Of a DNA stretch of 64,000 bases, positions 20,437 through 30,877 are shown piece by piece. The position numbers were made by a program, and so were the translations under genes. The DNA comes from an uncultured Planctomycetota bacterium. GTDB taxonomy: Bacteria; Planctomycetota; Planctomycetia; Isosphaerales; Isosphaeraceae. Every line of letters begins with the position of its first letter. Position 1 is the first letter of the stretch. The DNA is taken from contig CAVZRT010000002.1 of assembly GCA_963777705.1 (NCBI GenBank), forward strand, positions 270,575 to 334,574. Reading direction: 5' to 3'. The notes below the pieces were generated by a model. It had not been told where the DNA came from. It made no database searches and was given only the letters and a program-made list of their open reading frames with translations.

Positions 20437-20979
20437 TTACTCCGTTGTACCCGAAATCGCCTCGAACGGAAATCGCGCGACCCGCTCCCACGGCCCGCCG
20501 CGATATCGCCACAAGAGCAACGCATCTCCCCATCCCGACCACGGCTCCCACCCGGCGCTCGCCCCCGCAAACGCCAGCGAGGCCTCGATTGGCTCGGCCT
20601 TGTTCATGAGGGTTACATGCGGGCGGAACGGCTGGCGATCTTGCGGCGTGAGCCAGGGGGCGAACTCGCGGCTCAACCGGGCGTGGATCGTGGCCAAGCC
20701 CGGCGCCTCGACCGTCGCTCCGAATCCTCGGCCGGTCTTCTTCAGCGAGGGAAAATGCAAGGCAAGCGGGCCGCGGGTCGAGGCCGATTCGCTCAGCGAT
20801 TGCTCGATCGCTTCCCGCTCCTCCCACGGCAGGTGGTGGAAGAGCGAGAGGTGCGCCGGGACGATGTTCCGCTCGGGCGGGAAGTGGCGCGAGCGGAGCG
20901 CGTCCAGTCGCGAGAACGTCGACGGATCGAAGCCCAGGGTCACGAGCAGGGGATCGGTCGCGTCGACGCCCCGATTCAT
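20437..20979 (-). CDS. 2H phosphoesterase superfamily protein (LigT/2'-5' RNA ligase-like)
   Basis: 180-aa ORF with two H-x-T/S-x motifs (AHLSLF; PHVTLM) spaced as in LigT/2H enzymes. It starts 5 nt after the stop of the GH2 gene. Confidence 0.65.
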   Translation of the reverse strand: MNRGVDATDPLLVTLGFDPSTFSRLDALRSRHFPPERNIVPAHLSLFHHLPWEEREAIEQSLSESASTRGPLALHFPSLKKTGRGFGATVEAPGLATIHARLSREFAPWLTPQDRQPFRPHVTLMNKAEPIEASLAFAGASAGWEPWSGWGDALLLWRYRGGPWERVARFPFEAISGTTE

Positions 20980-20983
20980 TGGT

Positions 20984-23900
20984 TTATTCCCGCTTCACGA
21001 GCGTCAAGCCCAGGTCGATCCCCTGCCCGCCGCCGGTCTGACGGCATCGCACGGCGATCGTGTTCTTGCCGGCCTGGAAGAGGGACCTGGCGGCCTGGTC
21101 GAGCTTGATGTCTCGGTAAGCGGTGCTGAAGCCCTTCTCGGCGAACAGGGGCTTGCCATTGACGAAGATGTCCACGTCTTCGTCGTGGAACATGTGCAGG
21201 AAAATCACGTCGTCGGGCGAGACTGCCGGCATGTCAACGCTCGTCCGCAGCCAGATCGTCTTCGTGTCCCATCGCGTGTGGTCCTGCAACGCGGGCGTAT
21301 TGGCCGTCCCAAACCCCGACTTGCCGCGCTTCCATGCCGAGTCGTCGAAGCCGGACTCGGACCAGTTCGGGGCCGGCTCGTCGGTGGTGTAGGCCCACGT
21401 CGAGGGCTCGCCCAGCCGCGAATCGCCCGCCTTGAGGACGGCCACGCGGCGCGAGGCGAGCGAGTCGATGGCCGTCGAGGTCTCCGGATTCACGCCCAGG
21501 TCGGCGGGCAGGTGATCCTCGGTCTCCACGATCAAGGTGGGCTCGACCAGCGAGCCACCGGCCTTCCCTCCGTAGACCGACAGGCCATTGGCGGCGGGTG
21601 CGTCGGTGGGGACGGCCAGGCGAAGCTCGATCGGCTTGCCCGCCTGGATGTCGGTTACGACCGAGGCCGGCAGGTCGGCCTTCTGGCGGATCATCTGGCC
21701 GTAGCCGCCGTGTTCGACCCTCCTCAGGTGCGAGAGCACGCCCCTCGCGTCGGCCGGGTCGTCGTCCAGCTTGATGGTGAAGAGTTTCTGGGCGTTCAAC
21801 GCCACTTCCAGCGTCGAGGGTGCCTTCTTCGCGTCGGTCTGGGGATTGTCCTGGGCGTTCGTGTGATCGTTCCAATCGACCTGGTTGAGGCCGTTCTTGG
21901 AACCCGCTTCCATGAGCAAAGTGACCGATTTCGGCTTCGCCTTGGCCACCGATTCGGGCAGCTTGAGGCGGTATTCGAAGGCCCCTGAACCGCGGCCCCA
22001 GACCTTGCCGGTCAGCTCCTCATCGCCGCCCGACCATTTGACCTTGGCGTACTCGCCGGGGGCGAATCGGATGGCGACCGCGTGATCGTCGAGCCTCTCC
22101 ACGCGGGGCGACGGCTTCTCGGGCGTGACGACCAGGTTCACGAAATTCGCCGCGATCTTCTTGCCCGACGAGTCTTCCAGGACGAGCGCGAGGGCACCGA
22201 CGAACGGCTCCTTGATGCGGATCCCCAGCGGCTTCTGCTCCTTCACGCCGTAGGGGGTCCACTCGACGGGGCGGATCTGCTCGGGCAGGTCCGAAGTTTC
22301 GCCCTTCTCGTTCTTGCCGGTCACCCACCATTTCAGCCGGGGTACGTCCTTCAAATCGGAATAGTGCGACACGAACAGGGGGATGCGGATCACCTCGCCC
22401 ACCTTGGCCTCGATGGCGGGCGCGGTGTCGAAGCCGATGAAATCCGGGCCTTGCAGGTCGGCCGGCGTCATCCCGGGCACGAAGGCGTCGTAGCCGAATT
22501 CCTTCTTCGATCGGTCGTAGTCGTAGAACCCGTTATGTTCCCACTCGATGTCGGAAAGCTCGGTGTAGATATAGCCCTGGATCTTGGGATGACGGCGCAA
22601 CTGCGTGGTCATGTCCCGGAAGCCCCACGAGACGTCGCGGTCGCCGCCGCCGGCCGACACGCTCCCGTATTCCGAGTTGATCAAGGGGGCGGAATTCATC
22701 TTCTCGCCCGGCACATAATTGAAACTGCTGCCCGGCTTCGATTGCGCGACCACCGACTCGATGTGGCGGCGGGTCTCGTTATGGTCGTCGATATAGAAAT
22801 GCCAGCTATTGAGGTCCGAGCCGTCCACATGGTCGTTGTTGCACGGTGAGTTGTCTTCGACGAGGCGGGTCGGGTCGAGCTGGCGGGTCAGGGCAACCAT
22901 CGACTTGACCCAGCTCTGCGTGTCCTTGTCGGTCTTGTAAACGCCCGCGTCGTAGCCCGATGCCAGGCCCCAGGTCTCGTTGAAGTCGACCCAGGCGAAG
23001 ATGCTCGGATGGTTCTTGTCGCGGGCGATCGTCTCGCGCAGGGTCGATTCCCACGCCTTGCGTGCCCTCGCGTTCTGCGCCCAGGTGTTGGGCATGTCTT
23101 CCATGATGAGCATGCCCAGTTTGTCGGCCCAGTAGAGGCGGCGGGGCTCGTCGGGCTTGATGTGGATGCGGAGGAAGTTCGTGCCGACGGCCCTGGCAAG
23201 CTCGATGTCGTGCTTCAAGAATTCGTCGCTCGGGGCCGTGTAAATCCCCTTCGGGTTGAACGACTGGTCGAGGGCGCCTCGCAGGAAGATCGGCTTGCCG
23301 TTGAGGAAAATCCGCTCGAAATCGTCGCCGGGCAGCTTGCCTCGGGAGATCGTGCGGAGGCCGAAGTAGGTCTTGATGGAGTCGAGGACTTTGCCGTCAG
23401 GCCCCTTCAATTCCAGGGTGATGTCGTAGAGGTGCGGCGAGTCGGGGCTCCAGGGCTTGGGGTCGCGGACGGGGACCTTGATCGTGGTCGGGCCTTGGCT
23501 GATGCGGTCGCCCGACTCGGGTCGAATGTGTATACGGCCGGCTTCATCGCCTCTTCCACGGTTCCGATCGTGGGATCTTCCGATCGCACCACCAATCGCA
23601 ACGTCTCGACATCCTTCATCTGGACGGCGTGGAGCGTGATCTCCCCTTGAGCAGGATCGATAGCCGTCTTGATCGTAAATCCGGCGATATGCGACTTCGG
23701 CACCGCCTCCAGCCAGACCGTTTGCCAGATCCCGGACGTGGTCGTGTACCACCCCACCTGCTTGCCCGTGGGCAAGCTCGGGTCGGTCGGATCGAACGCC
23801 CGCACGACCGCCGTATTCTCGCCATCGGACTTCAAGGCGTCGGTGATATCGGCCGAGAATGGCGAATATCCGCCCTCGTGCGAGGCCACTTCCTTGCCGT

Positions 23901-24288
23901 TCACCCACACGTCGGCGCGGTAATCGACGGCCCCGAAATGGATCATCACGCGGTCGTCCTTCGGGAAATCCTTTGGCACCGAAAACGTGCGGCGATACCA
24001 GCCGATCTTGGGCGCGTCCTTCACCGCCTTGATGCCCGAAAGCTCGCTCTCCCAGGGGAAGGGGACGGTGATCGTGCGATCGAAACCGGGCTTGCCGGGC
24101 TCGGACCACTTGTCGGCGTTCCCCTTGTCGTCGGCGTCGAACCGGAATTCCCATTTGCCGTTGAGGTTCGCCCAGTGCTCCCTCATGCGATCGGGCGTGG
24201 GATGCTCGGGCCGGGGGATCTCCTGGGCTTGCGAAGGCCCGATCAGGCCAACGATCATCAATGCGGCGCAAAGGGCGATCCGGTTCAT
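20984..24288 (-). CDS. Glycoside hydrolase family 2 protein (beta-galactosidase/beta-mannosidase-like), one frameshift near 23520
   Basis: Signal peptide MNRIALCAALMIVGLIGPSQA. GH2 sugar-binding N-domain. TIM-barrel with NHPSIFAWVDFNETWG (acid/base) and NSEYG (nucleophile) contexts. Long C-terminal beta-sandwich domains. Confidence 0.8.
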
Positions 24289-24430
24289 GGTGGCAAACTC
24301 TCGGCGGGTTCGATTCGCAAACTGAGGCGCACGACTCGACGAGCCTACCAGATCCGCCCGCCGTCCGCGAGGAACCGCGGACCCGATCCCTGAGGCGATC
24401 CAAACTTACCCGCAAGTCGTGAGATGATTT

Positions 24431-24488
24431 TTGTGGGGCGGGCGTCCCGCCTGCCGAATTGCAGGCAGGCGGGACGCCCGCCCCACAA
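24431..24488. repeat. 58-bp perfect palindromic repeat element, copy 1 (REP-like; possible bidirectional terminator)
   Basis: TTGTGGGGCGGGCGTCCCGCCTGCC-GAATTGC-AGGCAGGCGGGACGCCCGCCCCACAA. A near-identical second copy is at 55547..55607. Confidence 0.6.
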
Positions 24489-24517
24489 GAATGAGTGGAG
24501 TTAGCGGCTTTGGGGCT

Positions 24518-26752
24518 TCAACGACGCGATCGTGGTTGGTCGGCGATCGCCGCCTTGGGATTTTCCGACGGCGTCGTTGGTCGCAGGATCAACCCTTGCA
24601 CTCGCAGGCTGTACGGGGTCCTGTCCCCTTCGGTAACTTCCTGGACCGGGCTGAACGGGCGGTCGTCGCCGTCGCTTGCGAGGGTTAGCTCGCTCCGGCC
24701 TTCGGGCAGCCGGAACGGTGGGCTGGTCATCAGGACCAGGCGTTCTGGCCCCACCTCCCACCTCGCCAGTTCCCTCTCTCCGTCGAGCAGGCGGACGACC
24801 CGCGAGCGATGGAACGCGGCGAGGGCGATCGAGAGGGTGAGGTCGCGATCGGGGGCGGGATTGTAGGCGATCAGCGTGGCCTTTCTCGCCGCGGGACGCA
24901 CCTCTCGACCTTGCCAGATCGTCTTCTGGAGCCAGCCCCTGGTGCCGAGGGCCACCACATGCGTCGGCCGGGGCATGAGGTCGCGGTCGTACACCGTGGT
25001 GGCCGCGTCTTCCAGCACCTTGAAGGGCTTGAGGCAATCCTTGACCGGTTCGAGGTGCGTGGTGAAGCCGGGCAGGGCCCCGGGCCAGTGGTGCAGGACC
25101 ACGTAGCGCAGGTCGTGCTCGGTCAGATAGAGCCAGGTGTAATCCTGGAAGTCGACGTTGCAGGTGAGGTCGATCGAGACGTCGGCGGGGTTGGCAACGT
25201 AGGCCGGATTCATCAGGTAGGCGACGTAAAATGGCGACGTCCAGGTGGATAGCGAGTCGCCCGGGCCGTTGCTGTTGGAGCTATAGCCCGCCGTGGTCTT
25301 GCCGCCGTGCAACGATCGCCAGTAGTCGCAGGCCGCGGGCAGGAGGTGGGCGCCTCCGGTGCCAAGATGCGGCACGTCGTGGAACGCGGCCCCGGGGTCG
25401 CGGGCGCGAAGCTCGGCGTAGCAGGCGGGCATGGCCGGCGGCTTTTCCAGGGTGAACGGCACGACGGAGAGGTCGAAGAGCGCGATCGCCAGCAGCGCGA
25501 CGACGAGCGCGGCCCGGCTCCAAGGGCGTTTCATCGCCGCGAGCCAATGTTTCAATCCCGCCGCCGCGATGACCGCGGCGCAGACCGACGCGAAGATGTT
25601 GAATCGGGCCGGCACGCGGATCACGCGGAACGGGCGGAACCAGCGATGGAGCCACTCCGCGGGCAGCGTGCCTCCATGCGTCCCCAAGTGCCACTTCGCC
25701 CCCAGCGACAGCACGATCATCAGGCCGAACGCCGCCCACCAGTAGCGACCGCCGGGGAATTTCGCCCGGCAGACCCACGCCCGATGGATCAGCAAGAGCG
25801 CGACGATGCCGAGATAGGAGTACCCCTCGCCCGACAGGTGGGTCAACTCGTACACGTCGACGGGCATGATCTTCCCGAGCGCGTGCAGGTGCGTCGGGAG
25901 GAGATAGCTCCACAAGGTCGTCCCATAAGACTCGAACTGCGAGCGGGGCCTGGCCATCGGGAACCCATGCGCCTCGGCCCAGATCTGGCTGGAGAACAAA
26001 ACGAACAGCCCCGCGCCCGCGATCGCGCCGAAGCCTATCAGCGGGACGATTCGAGGCCTGATCCACGCGAACGCCCCCCGGCCTTCCCCGACGAATCTCC
26101 ACGCCAGGTACAGGCACGCCGGGACCACCACGAGCACGCCGAAATAGGCCGCGCTCATGGTCGCGAGCAGGTAGCAAGTGGTCGAGGCGAACAGGGTCTT
26201 CCGGCTCGGGCGGTCGCAGTACGCGATCCACGCGGCGAGGAACAGCGGCACGAACCCGACGTTGATCAACTCCAGGTGAGCATGGGCATGCATGAGGACG
26301 GGCGTGCCGATCATGGTGAGCAGACCGGCGACGGCGGCCGGGACTCGTTCCTTCACGACCGTCCACGCGAGGACGAACGTCCCCAATCCGGTCATGACGA
26401 GGCTTGCGAACCAGAGGAGGTTGTAAATCAGGATGTCGTTCCGGATGAGGAACGACAGCGGGAAGTAGAAGGCGGCCTGGATCTGCATGGGCGAGTAGTA
26501 GCCGAGCGGGACGCCCATGGGGTACTGCGTCTCGGGGCTGAAATACGGGCTGCGGCCTTGCAGGAGGCAGGTCTTGTACCACCGCATCGTCCGCAGATGC
26601 TGGAGGGGGTCGATGCTGGAGGGTAGCTCGGTCGCGATGGTCTTCACGAGCGGGAACGTGGCGATCGAGACGCAGCCCAGGTAGAAGGCGGCGACCGCGA
26701 GCAGCGTCTTCCAGCCGAGGCGCGGCGTCGCGTCGGGCGAAGTTTCGGGCAT
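24518..26752 (-). CDS. Large polytopic integral membrane protein (YfhO/ArnT-like putative glycosyltransferase-type architecture)
   Basis: About 745-aa ORF with more than 10 predicted TM helices, then a C-terminal periplasmic domain. Family assignment is tentative. Confidence 0.55.
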   Translation of the reverse strand: MPETSPDATPRLGWKTLLAVAAFYLGCVSIATFPLVKTIATELPSSIDPLQHLRTMRWYKTCLLQGRSPYFSPETQYPMGVPLGYYSPMQIQAAFYFPLSFLIRNDILIYNLLWFASLVMTGLGTFVLAWTVVKERVPAAVAGLLTMIGTPVLMHAHAHLELINVGFVPLFLAAWIAYCDRPSRKTLFASTTCYLLATMSAAYFGVLVVVPACLYLAWRFVGEGRGAFAWIRPRIVPLIGFGAIAGAGLFVLFSSQIWAEAHGFPMARPRSQFESYGTTLWSYLLPTHLHALGKIMPVDVYELTHLSGEGYSYLGIVALLLIHRAWVCRAKFPGGRYWWAAFGLMIVLSLGAKWHLGTHGGTLPAEWLHRWFRPFRVIRVPARFNIFASVCAAVIAAAGLKHWLAAMKRPWSRAALVVALLAIALFDLSVVPFTLEKPPAMPACYAELRARDPGAAFHDVPHLGTGGAHLLPAACDYWRSLHGGKTTAGYSSNSNGPGDSLSTWTSPFYVAYLMNPAYVANPADVSIDLTCNVDFQDYTWLYLTEHDLRYVVLHHWPGALPGFTTHLEPVKDCLKPFKVLEDAATTVYDRDLMPRPTHVVALGTRGWLQKTIWQGREVRPAARKATLIAYNPAPDRDLTLSIALAAFHRSRVVRLLDGERELARWEVGPERLVLMTSPPFRLPEGRSELTLASDGDDRPFSPVQEVTEGDRTPYSLRVQGLILRPTTPSENPKAAIADQPRSRR

Positions 26753-26857
26753 GATCGCTCTCCTCGCGGGGCCGGGAAGGCGGCACACGATAGGCGATCT
26801 TGCCGGGTCGGTCAATGCGGGTCGGGCCGGCCATCGCTTCGAGGGCGAAACCTCATG

Positions 26858-26916
26858 GTAGGGTGCTCTGCGAGCACCTCTTGACTTGTTGAAAAGGTGC
26901 TCGCAGAGCACCCTAC
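26858..26916 (-). terminator. Strong stem-loop (21-bp perfect inverted repeat) immediately after the DAHP synthase gene
   Basis: GTAGGGTGCTCTGCGAGCACC-(17 nt)-GGTGCTCGCAGAGCACCCTAC. It overlaps the stop codon. No clear U-tract. Confidence 0.5.
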
Positions 26917-27929
26917 GATATCGTCCTGCCCAGCGGCCCGGCCAGCCTGCGCAGGGATTCGAGCAATGCGTCGAACGTCGCGAAGTCGAGCGACTGGGCT
27001 CCGTCGGACATGGCGCGGTCGGGGTCGGGATGGATCTCGATCAGGAGGCCGTCGGCCCCCGCCGCCATGGCCGCCAGGGCCATCGCGGGGACGAACGCGC
27101 GCTTGCCCGTCCCGTGGCTGGGATCGACCAGGATGGGCAGGTGCGAGAGCGCCTTCACGGGCGGGATCACCGACAAATCCAGGGTGTTGCGGCTGTGGTC
27201 GGAGAACGTCCGCACGCCCCGCTCGCACAGGATCACGTCGCGATTGCCGCCGGCCAGGATGTACTCGGCCGACATGAGCCACTCCTCCAGAGTGGCCGAC
27301 ATCCCTCGCTTCAAGAGGACCGGCTTGCGGAGCTGCCCCACTCGCCGCAGGAGGCTGAAATTCTGCATGTTGCGGGCGCCGATCTGCACGATGTCGGCGG
27401 CGTCCTCGACGGCGTCGGCATGATCGGTGTCCATCAACTCGGTCACGATCCCCACGCCGGTCTTTTCGCGGGCCTTCCGCAAGATCTCCAGCCCTTCCAG
27501 CCCCATCCCCTGGAAGGCGTAAGGGGAGCTTCGGGGCTTGAACGCGCCGGCTCGCATCAATCGCACGCCCTGCGAGGCGAGATGCTCGGCGACTCGCAGG
27601 ATCATCCCTTCGTTCTCGACGGAGCAGGGTCCGGCGATGATCGTGAACGTGGTCGGGCCGATGGGCGCCTGCGGGGTGGAGACGACCGTGTCCTCGGCCC
27701 TCATCTCGCGGCTGGCGAGCTTGTACGGCTTGGTCACGCGGATCAGTTCGCCCACGCCGGGCAGGACTTCGAGCGACCCGGGGTCGATCGCCACGGCGTT
27801 GCCCGTGATCCCGATCGCCGTGCGCGTCGGCCCCGGCATGGGGTGCGGCGTGAGGCCCATTTCGCGGATCGTCTGGAGCACGCGGTCGATCTGGTCGGCG
27901 GTCGCGTGCGTCTTCATCACTACGAGCAT
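26913..27929 (-). CDS. 3-deoxy-7-phosphoheptulonate (DAHP) synthase, type I-beta with N-terminal ACT/ferredoxin-like regulatory domain
   Basis: 338-aa ORF. FTIIAGPCSVE, KPRSSPYAFQG, LLKRGMSAT and DPSHGTGKR motifs of the KDO8P/DAHP synthase family. Confidence 0.85.
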   Translation of the reverse strand: MLVVMKTHATADQIDRVLQTIREMGLTPHPMPGPTRTAIGITGNAVAIDPGSLEVLPGVGELIRVTKPYKLASREMRAEDTVVSTPQAPIGPTTFTIIAGPCSVENEGMILRVAEHLASQGVRLMRAGAFKPRSSPYAFQGMGLEGLEILRKAREKTGVGIVTELMDTDHADAVEDAADIVQIGARNMQNFSLLRRVGQLRKPVLLKRGMSATLEEWLMSAEYILAGGNRDVILCERGVRTFSDHSRNTLDLSVIPPVKALSHLPILVDPSHGTGKRAFVPAMALAAMAAGADGLLIEIHPDPDRAMSDGAQSLDFATFDALLESLRRLAGPLGRTIS

Positions 27930-27960
27930 GATTCGATGAATCCGGAAGTGTGGGGGAGGA

Positions 27961-29275
27961 TTACTTGCCGGTTTCGTCCTTGACGACCTGCCCGCCCTTC
28001 ATGACGAACTTGACCTTCTCCAGCTCGCCAATCTCCTTGATCGGGTCGCCCGAGACGGCGATGATGTCGGCGAATTTGCCCGGCTCGATCGCGCCCAGGT
28101 CGTTCTCGGCTTCGAGCAGTTGGGCCGCCACCGTGGTTGCCGACTGGATCGCCTTCATCGGCTCCATCCCGTAGCGGACCATGTAGGAGAACTCCTTCGC
28201 CTGGTTCTCGGTCCAGGGATAGCCGCCCACGTCCGTCCCGTAGGCGATCTTCACGCCCTTCTTGACGGCCCGCGTGAAGGCTTTTTCTTCCAGGTCCTTC
28301 ATCGATTCCCAGAGCGGCCCGCGGCCCGGGGCCACCCACACGCCCAACGTAAATGGTCGGACACCAGTAGGTGCCTTGCTTGATCATTTCATCCATCAAT
28401 CCCTCGTCCAGCCCGTCGCCGTGCTCGATCGAGTCCACGCCCACGCTCAGCGCGGCGGCGATCCCCTCGTAGCCCATCGCGTGGGCGGCCACGCGGCGGT
28501 CGAGGCGGTGTGCCTCGGTGACCATCGCTTGCATCTCTTCCACGGTGAAATTCACCTTGCTGTGCAGCTTGCCGTCCTTCACGTAGTATTTGCGATCGGC
28601 GTAGAACTTGATCCAGTCGGCGCCGAATTTGACCTGCTCGCTCACGGCCTTGCGGATGTCGTCGGGGCCGTCCACCACCTGCACGCCTTCGGGCAGCTTC
28701 AATTCCCAGGCGTAGCCGAGCAGCGGGTACATGCCGGTTGCGGAAAAGGCTCGCGTGGAGACGAACATGCGCGGGCCGGGGATGACCCCGTTGTTGATCG
28801 CCTTCTTCACGTCCACGTCGGCATACATGGCGCCTTCGGTCTCGAGGTCGCGAATGGCCGTGAAGCCGTTGTTCACCGCGATCCTGGCCGCCACGGTGGC
28901 GCGAATGGTGCGATAGGGGATCGATTCCTTGAGCAACTGGGCGTCGTAATCCTCGGCCGTCATGTCGGCCTGGAGCAGTACGTGGGTGTGGCAGTCGATG
29001 AGGCCGGGCAGGACGGTCGATTTGGAGAGGTCGATCGTGCGGGCGTTCGCGGGCGCGGCCTTCAGGATCTCGGCGGAGGGCCCGACGGCCTTGATCCGCT
29101 CGCCTTCGACGAGGATGGCCTGGTCGTCGAGCACCTTGCCGGCGCGGGTGTCGATCAGGTGACCGGCCTTGATCACCGTCGGCGGCGATTTCGGCCTGGC
29201 GTGGGGCTGGGCCCGGGATCCCGTGGGAAGGACGAGGAATGCGACGAGGGGAAGGACGAGGAGCGAGCGGTTCAC
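27961..29275 (-). CDS. Metal-dependent amidohydrolase (imidazolonepropionase/prolidase-like), frameshift near 28350
   Basis: GTG start with GGAG SD. Signal peptide LLVLPLVAFLVLPTGSRA. HxH metal site (LIDCHTHV). The C-terminal segment (AYGTDVGG...KFADIIAVSGDP) is in a second frame. Confidence 0.7.
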
Positions 29276-30190
29276 GGGGAGATCTCCGTTGGTTGGGTCG
29301 GGAAAGACCAGGCTAGCCAATGAGGAGATCCTTAACAACCGGCTTGCTCCCCGCCGATCCTCACGGATTCGTCGCGAGGACGTAGCCGCGGATTTCCGGG
29401 ATCGGTCGGACCTCGGGTCGCGGAGATCTCGCGGCGAACGTGTCACCCCCGCATGGACGGTGGCGCGTCGCCCATCGACCTGCCCCGTCGCGGGGGCTGG
29501 GCTGATCTGGGGATTTGCCTCCGGGGTGCATTTTCGCATGATTTGCTCGCAGGACGTCGCGATGATAAGCCTTTGTTCTAGCCTCACAACCACACCATCG
29601 TTGCCGGGATTCGAGTTTATTCCTTATTCCCAGGATGGGGTCAAAATGGCCGGACGCGGGGCCGCGATCGGGCGGCCCGCGAGGGGGCGGATTTGGGCCG
29701 AGACATGGCCGACGTATTCGTTTTCCCATGGATTTTCATGATTTACAACGCCTTGTCGGCGAAGGACTTGGATCAATGGTCGACGATTTTAATCTTGTCT
29801 ATAAGCGAATACGCTACAGAGTGCGACACTCGCGAAATGCCGGGGATTCGTGGGCGAAGTCGGGCTTTTCGGGTGCTTTGTCCAGGGGCGCAGTCGGGGT
29901 GAGACGGTTTTTTGACCGTTTTTGACCGGTTTTCGGGGCGAAGTGTTGCGCGAATCCCCCAAGTCATGAGCGGGACGGGAGATGCGGGCTTTCGGAAACC
30001 TGGACGAAATCTGGACGGTCGGGCCCTCGGCGCGGGGGTTTTTCGGCCGTTTGTCGCGCCCATGAGGCGCCCCAAGTCATTGGCAAGTATGGGGATGGTG
30101 CATTTCCTGCCCGCGATGCCTCGGCGAGGGACCTCGTCATCGGATTGACCCGGGGGCTGGGGCATCGCCTTGCAGGATTAGCGACCGCGG

Positions 30191-30795
30191 TCACGCCTTC
30201 GTTGCGGCGATTTGCTGGTTGGCGAATTTCGTGAAGACCCACTGGGCGTATGGCTGCGGCGGATTCTGCGAGCTGCCCGCGAAATAGAAGATCAGGGCGC
30301 CGTCGTGCCCCGTGCCCGAATTCATGTGGATGTCGTGAATTCCGGTGCCGTCGCTGTAGGTGGTCCCGTAAACGCCCATCAGGTCGCACGTCTGGCTCAG
30401 TTGCGAGACGAGCGATTGCAACTTTCCCTGGACCACCGGCGCGAAATCGGCATCGGCCAGGCCGAGGTCGGCGAACGACAGGCTTTCGGTTGAGAATCCG
30501 GCGCCGGGAAGGGCATGTTCGCCAGGTCCTGCCGCCGCTCGGTGAAGAGGACCTCGGCATCCGCTCCGGCGCCGTCGGCCGAATGGATGTTGAACGCGCA
30601 TTCGAACTGGCCCGCGAGCGGGCCGCTCGGGACGCGGATCCAGAGGTAAATGTGGTTGTTGTCGGGCCGGGTCTTCCCCTCGGGGACGAGCGTCGAATGG
30701 TCGAACGTGCCGACGAGGAAGCCGAACTGGAGGGCCGGGAGCTTGGCCGTGGAAACTCGGGGCGATCTGGCGAACCGGATGGAAGGCGATGGCAT
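30191..30795 (-). CDS. Hypothetical protein (about 200 aa, two frames joined)
   Basis: Two overlapping ORFs (30397..30795 and 30191..30601) with coding-like composition. No confident family. Confidence 0.35.
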
Positions 30796-30877
30796 GGGGG
30801 CCGCACTCCGGGAGGGGTCGAAAAGGGCCGCACCGCGGGGCTCGACGCCCTCACGATGCGGCCCGGGGAAGATGCGA

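Noticed and set aside
18422-20827. 801-aa ORF treated as one gene
   Set aside because: Only the C-terminal 340 aa (XPB helicase core) and an internal 160-aa stretch (Uma2 endonuclease, in frame by coincidence) are real. The segments between are low-complexity read-through. The helicase N-terminus lies in a different frame (19381..19851).
20984-24415. N-terminal 40 aa of the 1143-aa GH2 ORF (24289..24415)
   Set aside because: The true start with signal peptide (MNRIALCAALMIVGLIGPSQA) is at 24288 in another frame. The stretch upstream of the frameshift is non-coding or palindrome-containing.
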